Below are positions 38,521 to 47,730 of a stretch of 64,000 nt of DNA, one piece after another; within the stretch, counting starts at the first letter, position 1, and each line of letters opens with the position of its first letter. The notes beneath the pieces were generated by a model, which did no database searches, was not told where the DNA came from, and saw only the letters and a program-made list of their open reading frames with translations. The stretch lies in assembly GCA_963712115.1 (NCBI GenBank), contig CAVQGX010000031.1, positions 128,001 through 192,000 on the forward strand, in the 5' to 3' direction. Made by a program: the position numbers and the translations under genes. Source of the stretch: an uncultured delta proteobacterium. GTDB lineage: Bacteria > Desulfobacterota > Syntrophobacteria > BM002.

Positions 38521-39735
38521 TCAGCGCTTATTGCTCACCACCGGTGGCTCTTTACCTGCCCCTTGTCCTTCAGCAACAATGCGTACGGTCATGCCATCGG
38601 TGACAGCCTTCAAGGGGGTGGTGACCAACTTTTCTTCATCCTCCAGGCCGCCGGTAATCACAACTTCATCGCCCTGAATTCTGCCTACCTCTACTTGGCG
38701 GAATTGAAGCCGACTGTCCTCCCCAATTACCCAGACGATATCTCCTTGGTGCAGTGCTGCTCGCGGTATGACCGCTCCGTTTGGTATCACTCGGCCTTCG
38801 ATTTTCACCTCCACAAAGAGGCCAAAAACGAGCGGCGGCTTTTTTGCGTAAGGCTGCTCAACTAGGACAACCACATTGATCATCCGAGTCCGCTCGTCCA
38901 ACTTGCCTTCGGTGCGTACCACTTTGCCGGTCCAGCTCAACTCACGGCCTGCAATGCTGGCCTTAATCAGTGCGGGAGAACCTCGTCCGTCTCTGGAGGT
39001 AAAACCTGGGACATCAAACCAGAAGAGAGCTTCTCCTTCCAGAGGAACAACAATTTCCGCAGCTTCGGTCGAGTAGAAACTCCCCAGACTCTGGCCTGGG
39101 GAAACATATTGACCTATGTCCACCCTTTCTTCTCCCACCCGCCCGTCAAAAGGTGCTTTGAGTTCTGTCCGCTCTAAATGAAGTAGGGCTTTGCGAAGAT
39201 CGGCCTCATTAGCTTCCAACTCAGCCTTCGCCGCTGCCAGCTGTGGTTCTTTGGCCACCAGTGGCGGCGGCTTGCTGTTATCATTGGAACCCCCTTCATA
39301 GAGCAAGCGCCACTCATCTCTTGCTGCGGCAGCCTCTTCCTCAGCCAGTTGAAGACGACTCTCCGCGTCTTTCACTTTGGCTCTAGCCAAGGTGGCGGCC
39401 AACTGGTAATCCTCTGGGTCGATTCGCAACAAAAGATCATCTTTTTTAAAGACGCCTCCGTTTACCAGTGAGGGGGATGCATACACCACCTTACCGTTCA
39501 CTTCGGGTACGAGATTGATTTCCCGCAAAGGCCTCACCGTCCCCTCACCCTGGATGTAAACCTTTTGGGGTCCAGTCTTAACTGCCATAGTTCGGACCAT
39601 AGGCACGGGGATGGGAGGTTTGCGCCTCTCCATTTCAGGCTTGCTCGCCGTCAGTGCCCAAAAGCCCAAAACACCCAAGGCTACAAAGGTTATGCTGATA
39701 ACAAGCTGAACAACTCTTTTTTTCCTATTACTCAT
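38521..39735 (-). CDS. RND efflux periplasmic adaptor subunit
   Basis: N-terminal TM, GTVRP..PEVNGKV, alpha-hairpin, LKAPFDG, IPRAAL, GGLEDEE. Confidence 0.92.
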   Translation of the reverse strand: MSNRKKRVVQLVISITFVALGVLGFWALTASKPEMERRKPPIPVPMVRTMAVKTGPQKVYIQGEGTVRPLREINLVPEVNGKVVYASPSLVNGGVFKKDDLLLRIDPEDYQLAATLARAKVKDAESRLQLAEEEAAAARDEWRLLYEGGSNDNSKPPPLVAKEPQLAAAKAELEANEADLRKALLHLERTELKAPFDGRVGEERVDIGQYVSPGQSLGSFYSTEAAEIVVPLEGEALFWFDVPGFTSRDGRGSPALIKASIAGRELSWTGKVVRTEGKLDERTRMINVVVLVEQPYAKKPPLVFGLFVEVKIEGRVIPNGAVIPRAALHQGDIVWVIGEDSRLQFRQVEVGRIQGDEVVITGGLEDEEKLVTTPLKAVTDGMTVRIVAEGQGAGKEPPVVSNKR

Positions 39736-39770
39736 GGTTATCAATTCCCCAGTTAGTTTGGTCAATTCTC

Positions 39771-40199
39771 ACCACGAAGATCACGAAGACAGAAGCCGTT
39801 ATAATACCATTCGTTTAATTCCATGTTTCATGTACTTCACATTAAAATTCATCAAAAGCCCGATTGATATACCAGACAACTTCATATATGTAAGTAACTG
39901 GGCTTGGTGAACTGGCAGAACTTTATCCACGCTCTTAAGTTCAACTATAATGGTTTTGTCTATAAACAAGTCGACACGATAACCGCAGTCGAGCTTTATA
40001 CCCTTGTATTCTACAGGCAAAGGGTGTTGTAGTTTGAACGGTATCCCCGCATTTGTCAGCTCATGAGCAAGGCACTGCTCATACGTGGATTCAAGTAATC
40101 CAGGGGCCAGATGCCTATGGACCTCTAGAGCACAGCCAATAACTTGGTTTGACAGTTTATCGAACTTCATTCTTCGTGCCCCTTCGTGTCCTTCGTGGT
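39771..40199 (-). mobile_element. minimal GxxExxY cassette with 9-bp-period inverted repeats, inserted in the RND operon
   Basis: ACCACGAAGATCACGAAG (39771-39788) and CTTCGTGTCCTTCGTGGT (40182-40199) are 16/18 inverted matches flanking the gene. Confidence 0.7.
39799..40170 (-). CDS. GxxExxY protein
   Basis: VHRHLAPGLLESTY, YRVDLFI, VELKSV, QLLTYM, GLLMNFN. Confidence 0.93.
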   Translation of the reverse strand: MKFDKLSNQVIGCALEVHRHLAPGLLESTYEQCLAHELTNAGIPFKLQHPLPVEYKGIKLDCGYRVDLFIDKTIIVELKSVDKVLPVHQAQLLTYMKLSGISIGLLMNFNVKYMKHGIKRMVL

Positions 40200-41636
40200 T
40201 TGATCTTTTTGCCCAAGCATAACCGGTCCTGGATCTCCCCAGCCTCCTCCAAGAGCCCGGTGGAGATTGACACGGTTGTTCAGAAGGGTGAAGTCCACCT
40301 GCAAGAGGTCACGTTCGGCCTCAAAGCGGGTTCTCTGTGTGTCCAGCACCGTGAGAAAATCAGTAAGACCCTTTTCGTATCGACTCTCAGCAAGCCTTTG
40401 CGCCTCCCTGGCCTCGTGCAGAAAAGTAACTACATATTCCCGACGTTTCAACTGTTCTTCCCGTGTCAAAAACGCTCCTTCCACTTCGGCAAAAGCGGTG
40501 AGCACTGTCTTGGCGTATTCGGCCACACCCTGTTGATATCTGGCCTCGGCCGCGCGTTGAGCAGCCTGCAATTTACCCGCGTCAAACAATGGCTGTGCAA
40601 TCCCGGCGGCAATACTCCACAACTCATTTTCGGGCTTGAAAAGCCGGTCTAGATCATCGCTGGTGTAACCGTAAGTGGAGGTCAAAACAATCCGGGGAAA
40701 GCGGCTGGCCTTGGCCGCGCCTACTAAGGCATTCAGCGCCACCAGTTGTTCCTCCGCCGCTCTGATGTCCGGCCGCCGAAGCAGCAGCTCGGAGGGAAGG
40801 CCTGGCGGGACTGGGTCTAACCGTTTGTAATAGTCTTCCGGTTGGAGCCTTGGAGGCCTAGTCTCTGGATAGCTTCCAAGAAGGACGGACAATGCCTGCT
40901 GCGTTGTACCCAAGTCCTGTCGCAGGGATGGCAGAGTTGCTTCAGCCCCGGCCAGAACCCTGCGAGCCTGTCTAACATCCAAGACCGAGGTCAGACCTCT
41001 TTTATATCTACTTTCCACCAGATTTAAGCTGCGACGAAAGGACTCGATGAGCTTTATGTCAATATCGATTGCCCGCTCAAACGTCTCCATTTGTAAATAT
41101 AGGGTGACAGTCTCCGCCACCACGGTCTGGGCCACGGTGCGGCGGTTCTCCTCTGCCTGCAGGAGATTGGCCCGCGCCGCCTCTTCTGCCCGGGCAAGAC
41201 GACCCCACAGGTCAATCTCGAAGGAAGCAGGCAAAGCCAAATCATATGTCGTACTTGTTCTATCGATGGAAACTGAATTCGGCTTGGGTATTTGCCGCCG
41301 CTCCACTCCAGCCTCAACGCCCACCTGGGGAAAACGCTCCGCTCGCGTCGAAACCAGTTGCGCTCGCACCTCCAGCACCGCCGCTGTAGCCCTCTTTATA
41401 TCCAGGTTGTTCTTCAGCACCTGTTCCACCAATTGGTTCAACTCGGGGTCATTGAACACACGCCACCATTGGTCGTCGGGCGCCGGCATGACTAGTTCGG
41501 TGGGAGTGTACTGGTAATCAGCAGGCACTTGGAAGCCAACGTCTGGTCGATGGTAGTCTGGACCCATTTTGAAGCAGCCACTTATAGTCAAAGAGATAGC
41601 TAGTACCGCACTTAAATATAGAAATAGTCTCTTCAC
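40167..41636 (-). CDS. efflux outer-membrane lipoprotein (NodT/OprM family)
   Basis: Lipobox ISGC, GPDYHRP, WWRVFNDP, FEIDLWG, LLRRPDI, RALGGGW. Confidence 0.93.
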   Translation of the reverse strand: MKRLFLYLSAVLAISLTISGCFKMGPDYHRPDVGFQVPADYQYTPTELVMPAPDDQWWRVFNDPELNQLVEQVLKNNLDIKRATAAVLEVRAQLVSTRAERFPQVGVEAGVERRQIPKPNSVSIDRTSTTYDLALPASFEIDLWGRLARAEEAARANLLQAEENRRTVAQTVVAETVTLYLQMETFERAIDIDIKLIESFRRSLNLVESRYKRGLTSVLDVRQARRVLAGAEATLPSLRQDLGTTQQALSVLLGSYPETRPPRLQPEDYYKRLDPVPPGLPSELLLRRPDIRAAEEQLVALNALVGAAKASRFPRIVLTSTYGYTSDDLDRLFKPENELWSIAAGIAQPLFDAGKLQAAQRAAEARYQQGVAEYAKTVLTAFAEVEGAFLTREEQLKRREYVVTFLHEAREAQRLAESRYEKGLTDFLTVLDTQRTRFEAERDLLQVDFTLLNNRVNLHRALGGGWGDPGPVMLGQKDQTTKDTKGHEE

Positions 41637-42286
41637 CCCTGCTCCTCCATCTTCCCCACTCCCAAACCTCTCAGGGAGAACTGAGTGATCTGCTCCACCA
41701 AGCGAGCCCTAAAAGCGGTGTCATACTTTCGTCCAGTAAGACGACTGACCGCCACCCTGGCAAAATTGAAGTAAAGCACCATAGCGAAGATGCTGAAAAT
41801 GTTGAGTAACATCTGTTCTTCGCCCACCTTATCGGTGAGAACCGAATTTAACTGCTCTGATACCTCTTTAAAGAAAGGCTGAATCACCTGCTCGGCTACA
41901 TGCTCAAAAGCTTTGGTGGGTTGAGTCATTTCCCTGGTCATTAATTGACTGTGGCGAAGACGCTCATCATCTGACAGCGGCCCCTCCACAAAGGCCTGTG
42001 CTAAGGCCCGCACCACAGTGGCCTCAGACAGAGAGTCTTGGCTGGCCAGATACTTGCTGAAACTCTCCCGCAAGCGCATGGCCCGAGGTACCCAGCGAGA
42101 GCGAAAAACTTCAAGATAGAGGTTCTCTTTATTGCCAAAATGATAGTTCACTGCTGCCAGGTTGCATTCTGCCGCCGAGGTGATTTCGCGGACGCTCACA
42201 GCTCGATAACCCTTTTGGGCAAACAGGATCTCGGCTGTGTCCAGAATACGTTCTGTGGTAAGGTCTTCTCCGTTTTTTTGATTCAT
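41633..42286 (-). CDS. TetR/AcrR family regulator (CecR-like)
   Basis: ILDTAEILFAQKGY...VSVREIT...AVNYHFGNKENLY HTH; GTG start of the next gene overlaps its stop. Confidence 0.92.
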   Translation of the reverse strand: MNQKNGEDLTTERILDTAEILFAQKGYRAVSVREITSAAECNLAAVNYHFGNKENLYLEVFRSRWVPRAMRLRESFSKYLASQDSLSEATVVRALAQAFVEGPLSDDERLRHSQLMTREMTQPTKAFEHVAEQVIQPFFKEVSEQLNSVLTDKVGEEQMLLNIFSIFAMVLYFNFARVAVSRLTGRKYDTAFRARLVEQITQFSLRGLGVGKMEEQG

Positions 42287-42305
42287 CGGCTACCTCCGCT
42301 ATTCT

Positions 42306-42342
42306 TACAAACGTTTGTATCAAACGATCGTTTGAATGTCAA
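42306..42342 (-). promoter_or_regulatory. promoter with tandem palindromic operators of the TetR-RND operon
   Basis: TTGACA(42342-42337)-17 bp-TACAAA(42319-42314); perfect palindromes TCAAACGATCGTTTGA (42320-42335) and TACAAACGTTTGTA (42306-42319). Confidence 0.75.
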
Positions 42343-42533
42343 ACATTTTTCTCTTTTCATAGAATCAAACTCTACTCAACCAGTTCTCATATTTTTCTGT
42401 AAAAACCTTATATGCCTAATAAAAAAGATGGGCAAGAGATTGACACATGCTTAAAGTTTCATAAAACAACGATTTGCAGAAGTAGTGTTTATTGGGGATT
42501 TAACACTGTAAGGTAAGCAGACAAGGCAGTAAG

Positions 42534-42565
42534 AAAAGAGCAGGGCCATTGCTGACCCTGCCCTT
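42534..42565 (-). terminator. putative terminator downstream of the ompA-like gene
   Basis: GCAGGGCCA/TGACCCTGC stem preceded by an A-run. Confidence 0.5.
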
Positions 42566-42619
42566 GCTTTCAGGTTGGACTATTGGCGTCAGGTACGTGA
42601 GACTCTGCTCAAAACCCGG

Positions 42620-43765
42620 TTACTCTATATTGCCTACCGTTAGCCGAACACGTCGATTCAATTGGCGTCCCTCTGCTGTGTCATTACTGGCCACAGGAAG
42701 GTCTTTGCCATACCACAGCGTCACCAGCCGTTTCTCAGCAATAGCGTTGATATTTGCCTCTCCTGCTGAGAAAATCTCTGTCTGCATCAAGAAATTCTTA
42801 ACGCTTTCAGCCCTTCGCCGTGACAAGTCTAAATTGTATTTCGGATCACCTGTGCTGTCAGAGAAACCTTCGATGACCACGTATGATTCAGGGTTTCCCT
42901 CCAAAAACTTTGCCAGTGCATCCAACTCGTCCTGATACTCGGAACGGATATCAGCCTTGTTAAAATCAAACAGGATGTTATCCAGTTCGACGCCCACCAC
43001 TTTACTAATAAGCTCGGTCTCAAAAATGGCCCTATCTCTGACCATATAGAGCGCTGCAATCGTATATTCCGGCCTGCTCAGCACTGCGTCAAAAGATGCG
43101 ACCCGTGAGCAGGTGTTCACCGAAGCGAGATCATTCACCAGTTTTTCGCTTTCTGGAGTCTGTGCCGAACTGATGATATAAAAGCAGACATCGTATTTGG
43201 AGGCTATCTCCCTCGCTGCCGGTACAGGCCATATCTTTGGCTGACTCAAGGTATATTGGCCGTCTGAAAAAATAAACACCGCCGTTGTACCAGATACCTT
43301 AGCAAGGATGGGATCAAGGTTCTTGATCGCATTTCCCAATGGTGACGGCTGATTCTTATAACTAATTGAAGGCTGATAAGCCGCCAGTTGGTCAAGTGCC
43401 TCAATAAATGGTTCCTTGTTAAAAGGCTGCATTTCGTAGAAGCTTTTCCACGGGGTGTATAAATACAAGCCGGCGTTCCAATCTAGGTCCGGAAGTCGGG
43501 CGACTCTCCCCTCGTAAATTTGCTTGGCAAGGTCAATCTTCTTCTGCCCGGTATATCCATACTGATCCTGCATGGAACCTGAGGCATCAAATAAAACGAT
43601 GAAGTTATCCGCTACCTTCACAACCTCCTCTACTACCCGAACCCGTTCCACAGGTATTTGTTTAACGATAACTTCTGCCGCTAAAACATTGGTCACAATC
43701 AGACCTGGCATGATCAATCCGAGAATCATCGCCAGCCCTACTAGTCTAATTTTGCTTGTCCTCAT
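42620..43765 (-). CDS. OmpA family protein with vWA-like N-terminal domain
   Basis: LFDASGSM (MIDAS-like), FSDG, ILFDFNK, GFSDSTG..YN..LS.RRA, NRRV; GGAGGT RBS. Confidence 0.9.
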   Translation of the reverse strand: MRTSKIRLVGLAMILGLIMPGLIVTNVLAAEVIVKQIPVERVRVVEEVVKVADNFIVLFDASGSMQDQYGYTGQKKIDLAKQIYEGRVARLPDLDWNAGLYLYTPWKSFYEMQPFNKEPFIEALDQLAAYQPSISYKNQPSPLGNAIKNLDPILAKVSGTTAVFIFSDGQYTLSQPKIWPVPAAREIASKYDVCFYIISSAQTPESEKLVNDLASVNTCSRVASFDAVLSRPEYTIAALYMVRDRAIFETELISKVVGVELDNILFDFNKADIRSEYQDELDALAKFLEGNPESYVVIEGFSDSTGDPKYNLDLSRRRAESVKNFLMQTEIFSAGEANINAIAEKRLVTLWYGKDLPVASNDTAEGRQLNRRVRLTVGNIE

Positions 43766-44016
43766 GATTGTACCTCCGCATAATGCTGGTTCACTAAGTA
43801 AACAAATTAGGGATAACATAACAAGTCTACCCCTTCTCACTTTAAACACCCCAAATGACCTGCAATTGCTCCTCTCCACTTTTGCTTGTGGTTAACTGCA
43901 TATATTATTCGTTTGATCTTGCGAGAATGAATAGATCACTCCATCCTATTCATCTAAATGGTATGTCAAAGATATTGTTGAGTCTTTGGGGAAAGGTAAG
44001 TTTCAAAGATAAATTG

Positions 44017-46299
44017 TCAATAGGAGAAAAATCCAATCGTTAAATAAAAGCTTAATCGAAAAAAAGATCCAAGTGTAGATCTTGGTGGAGAATTTATATT
44101 AAAAAAGAACGGAGTATCTGTGTTGCTTTTAAAACCGCTTCCCTCTATTTTGATAGAAGGGTCCTTATTTTGAACAAAAATAGGGGCCGCCAAAAGAATG
44201 AACAAGGGAAGAATCCAGACTGCCTTCAAGGCGGCTCCCACCTCCTTCGAGGATCCCCTTCCAAAAAACCTCAAGAATGAACTCACGGCAACAAAGGCCA
44301 GAATCCAGCCGTAGTAAGAGGCCAATTTAGTATTCCTCTCTAGAGCAGGAAAGATGGAATTCTCTATTAGAGGATGAAGCAGTTGGGCAACTTTTCCCTC
44401 TAGCAGGGAATAGCTGAGCAGGTAAACCCCACTCAGTGATAAGGCAAGGACACCGTATACGGCTAAGCCGCGGAACCGATCTGACGATAGGGATGTTTCG
44501 CTTTTTAGCTGTGCAGTGGAGAATAAGGCGCAGATGAAGAATATGCACAGGTGACAAGCGAAGACGGCAGAAAGAATTCCGGGCTTGGTTTTAGAGAAAC
44601 ATAGGTAATCAAAAGTTACCGTAGAGATAACCAGTCCGGCTAAGAAGGCAGGGATAACAATGGAAGGAGAAAAGGCTGACTTCTGCCCTGTCAGGCCTGC
44701 GGGGACACTGTAACTCACATCGGCACTTTTGCCAGCGGCAATAGTGAGAGCCGCGAAAGCCCAGAAATAAAGCTTGGTAGCGGTAATACTGAAAGAAAGC
44801 TGGATTTCAACGAAGTGACCAACAAGACCAGCCAGAAGAATACAGAGAAGCAGACCGTTGGGATGCAAGGAACAAAATGGTTTTCTTGTCATTGCCAGGG
44901 AAAAGTAAAAAAGATACGAAAATAACCCAAAAATCAAACCAAGCCCTAACCCGAGAGCAAAGAAGGTGACATTTCCACTTGCAAGGTAAAGGATTAGCAC
45001 ACCCAAAATACCACCCAGAGACAAAAGCCCATAAAATGCTATGTCTTGCTTCGTCGAGCGGATAAATCCCAGTTGCCGCAGAACAAAGCGACTGAGTAAA
45101 AAGAAAAAGAAGACAAAAGCGGCCAATCCCAAAACGCCCTGCGTTGCCAACAGATCCAAGATCTCGTTGTGAGCGCGATCCACAATGGCCGTTGGTTTCT
45201 CGATATATTGCAGAATCGGCGGATTATGCCTTGGATAAACGAGGGATAAGGTTTCGGGACCGTATCCTGTCAAGAGTCTTATGGGGTCTGATGCTATCAA
45301 TCCGCACACGCCCTTCCATATAGTTGCTCTGACAAGTCCAGTGCCGGACTGGAAAGCGCTTTCTGGTCCGAACCATTGGCTCACTAGCGAAACCTCAGCA
45401 AACGGTTGATCGAGGAGATTCACAAGCAGGAGCAGGCCCAGAAAAACCCCGCCACCGACGAAAAATGCTGATACTATTCTTGCACGTCCACGCCGCAATA
45501 ACTCTAAGGCTGCGAATAAAACCAGTCCTACCATCAAGCCCACAATGGGACCGCGGCTTTGAGCAAAACCGATGGCCGTAAGATTCAGCACAAGAAAAAG
45601 TAGCATCAATCCAAAAAAGACTTGTTCGGTGCCGGTGTTCTTCAGAGAGATTCCTTGTCGGCGGTATTGCCGCAATCTTTTGAAAGATTCGCCAAAAAAA
45701 TAGAAGTGGAGAGGCGTGGTCATGATCAGAAAGGCGGAAAGAAAAATCGGGTTTCCAAGGGTGCTCCAAACCCTCCTGTCCGAGAAAGGTGCGATCCTAA
45801 CATGGGGGTCAATGCCTAACCGTTGCAGGATAGCCCATACGGCGACGGTGAAACTAGTCAACAACATTGTAAAGATGAGGCGGTCTATCTGTCTCCGGCT
45901 GTGAGTCGTGTTGAGAATGACAAAGAAGAAATAGAGGTAGCAAAGACTGGTGTAAGTTCCTTGGCGACGGAGGTACATCCCGAGAAAGGAGCCAGATGGA
46001 AAGACGCTGAAAACAGTCGAAATTATTAAAGCATACGCGATAATGAGCACTGGCACGGCCAGACCCGGATGCCACACACTGACATTTTTTGATTGTTCAT
46101 TCTTACTGCGTTTTTCTTCAACCAACACAAATATCAGGAAGGGCAGAGATAAGATCGCGATCGAGCGCAGCAACAGTACCTTGGCTTCTTCGAAGGGAAG
46201 GGCGCTGTAAGGGTTGGTAAATAAAGGCGCAATAACAAGTGCTGAAAGAACGAAAAACTCAAGAACGTTCTCTGCGAGTTGAAGCTTCCTGTCCGGCAT
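44017..46299 (-). CDS. O-antigen ligase (Wzy_C) family polytopic membrane protein, probably C-terminally truncated
   Basis: STLGNPIF, QSRG, R..IW, GYGPET, DRAHNEILD, GLVGHFVE motifs. Confidence 0.8.
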   Translation of the reverse strand: MPDRKLQLAENVLEFFVLSALVIAPLFTNPYSALPFEEAKVLLLRSIAILSLPFLIFVLVEEKRSKNEQSKNVSVWHPGLAVPVLIIAYALIISTVFSVFPSGSFLGMYLRRQGTYTSLCYLYFFFVILNTTHSRRQIDRLIFTMLLTSFTVAVWAILQRLGIDPHVRIAPFSDRRVWSTLGNPIFLSAFLIMTTPLHFYFFGESFKRLRQYRRQGISLKNTGTEQVFFGLMLLFLVLNLTAIGFAQSRGPIVGLMVGLVLFAALELLRRGRARIVSAFFVGGGVFLGLLLLVNLLDQPFAEVSLVSQWFGPESAFQSGTGLVRATIWKGVCGLIASDPIRLLTGYGPETLSLVYPRHNPPILQYIEKPTAIVDRAHNEILDLLATQGVLGLAAFVFFFFLLSRFVLRQLGFIRSTKQDIAFYGLLSLGGILGVLILYLASGNVTFFALGLGLGLIFGLFSYLFYFSLAMTRKPFCSLHPNGLLLCILLAGLVGHFVEIQLSFSITATKLYFWAFAALTIAAGKSADVSYSVPAGLTGQKSAFSPSIVIPAFLAGLVISTVTFDYLCFSKTKPGILSAVFACHLCIFFICALFSTAQLKSETSLSSDRFRGLAVYGVLALSLSGVYLLSYSLLEGKVAQLLHPLIENSIFPALERNTKLASYYGWILAFVAVSSFLRFFGRGSSKEVGAALKAVWILPLFILLAAPIFVQNKDPSIKIEGSGFKSNTDTPFFFNINSPPRSTLGSFFRLSFYLTIGFFSY

Positions 46300-46620
46300 A
46301 TTCCTCAATCATCCTACAATACTTGGACTCTATTGGGTCTCATGCTAAGCTACTTTACTGGATGCTAAACATATTAGAATCTCAGTCTTCTAACGAGTAT
46401 GTGTGGCCGGAGAATCTGAGCATATGAAACACATTAAGAGGACAAATGTAAAGAATTATTGTGTTTTAATATAACGCGGCTTTACGCGGAGATAGTGCAT
46501 CGCAAGGGTACGTGTTCTCATCGCCGGATTGAATCGTATTGCTTTTACAACTGACTCCCTCCATCTTGATAAAAGGGTGCAGTTAGCCAAAAGGGTACTG
46601 ATGAGAGATGGCAAAGCAGG

Positions 46621-46803
46621 GTGAAGGCCAAAAAGAGTGGCAGGCTCAGGTGGAGGCCGTTTGCTGGTCAGGGGCGAATCTATGTCGGCACCCTGGAGGG
46701 AAAGCTCGTTTGCTTGAGACTAAAAACAGAACTGGACGAACAAGGAGCCACACAGGTTCTCAAGGAGTTTCTCGACCCTGAACCGGAACAGGAATCCGAA
46801 TAG
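46621..46803 (+). pseudogene. possible C-terminal remnant of a PQQ-like beta-propeller protein
   Basis: GRIYVGTLEGKLVCL resembles a terminal PQQ-repeat blade. Confidence 0.35.
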
Positions 46804-46904
46804 TTATTCAGACTCTTAGTTAAATGCATATATCTCTCACAGAGCTCACAGAGTTCTCAGAGTCCTGACGCACATCAAATAAAAAAATTTAAAGGAAACA
46901 TTGA

Positions 46905-47040
46905 AAGATCACTGATAGCTAAACGGGGATACCTTGAGGACCGGCACAAGCGAGCTTATACCCTCCCACAAGGTATCCCCGCATCTACCGATGCATTCGC
47001 ATCGGTAGGTCCTGCAGCGCATGAGACTTTCAGCGATCTT
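46905..47040 (+). ncRNA. ~135-nt four-way-junction structure (upstream type, copy C)
   Basis: AAGATCACTGA/TCAGCGATCTT; CGGGGATACCTTG/CAAGGTATCCCCG; CTACCGATGC-ATTC-GCATCGGTAG; third short stem. Confidence 0.65.
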
Positions 47041-47103
47041 GGTGCACACTTCATTGGTTTTTTGGGAGCTCACGGAGGATTAAGAAGATCACAGGGGGCG
47101 CAC

Positions 47104-47496
47104 ATGGATTTAAACCAACTATCCTCACAAATCATCCAAGCTGCTACAGCAGTTCATAAAGAGCTTGGCCCTGGCCTGCTGGAATCTGTCTACCAAGCAT
47201 GCATTACGATTGAACTTGAAAAAATGGGGATAGAGTTCAAAGCTGAGGCTTCCCTGCCTATCTCTTACCGCGGCAAGAAATTAGATAAGCTGTTATTCCG
47301 CTTGGATCTACTGGTAGAAGACACGGTTATTGTGGAATTGAAATCAGTAGAAAAAGTGGAACCAGTGCATAAGAAACAGCTTCTCACCTATTTACGTCTG
47401 GCGCAGAAGCCACTTGGTCTGTTGATAAATTTCAACGAGTCTTTACTGAAGGACGGGATCACTAGAATAATCAACACCCCAGAGAGAAACGAATAA
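47104..47496 (+). CDS. GxxExxY protein
   Basis: VHKELGPGLLESVY, RLDLLVE, VELKSV, QLLTYL; close paralog of 17224-17601. Confidence 0.93.
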   Translation: MDLNQLSSQIIQAATAVHKELGPGLLESVYQACITIELEKMGIEFKAEASLPISYRGKKLDKLLFRLDLLVEDTVIVELKSVEKVEPVHKKQLLTYLRLAQKPLGLLINFNESLLKDGITRIINTPERNE

Positions 47497-47595
47497 GAGT
47501 CGTCGGGTGCGACGTGATCACTCAGTGGACTCAAAAAAATTCTGGGAGCTCTTAATCCAACAAGACGAGTGAGAGGAGTAGAGATTCCTCAGGAA

Positions 47596-47730
47596 GGATC
47601 GCCTAGAGGCCAAGTGGGCAGCGCTTGGAGGACAGTAATAAGCTTGCTTATTCTGGCCACCAAGAGCTGTCCACTGTCACGATGCGTCAGCATCGGGGCC
47701 GTCCACTGTGCGGCAGTCTCTAGGCGATCC
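47596..47730 (+). ncRNA. ~135-nt four-way-junction structure (downstream type, copy C)
   Basis: GGATCGCCTAGAG/CTCTAGGCGATCC perfect 13-bp outer stem; GTGGGCAGC/GCTGTCCAC; AATAAGC-TT-GCTTATT; CGATGC-GTCA-GCATCG. Confidence 0.6.
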
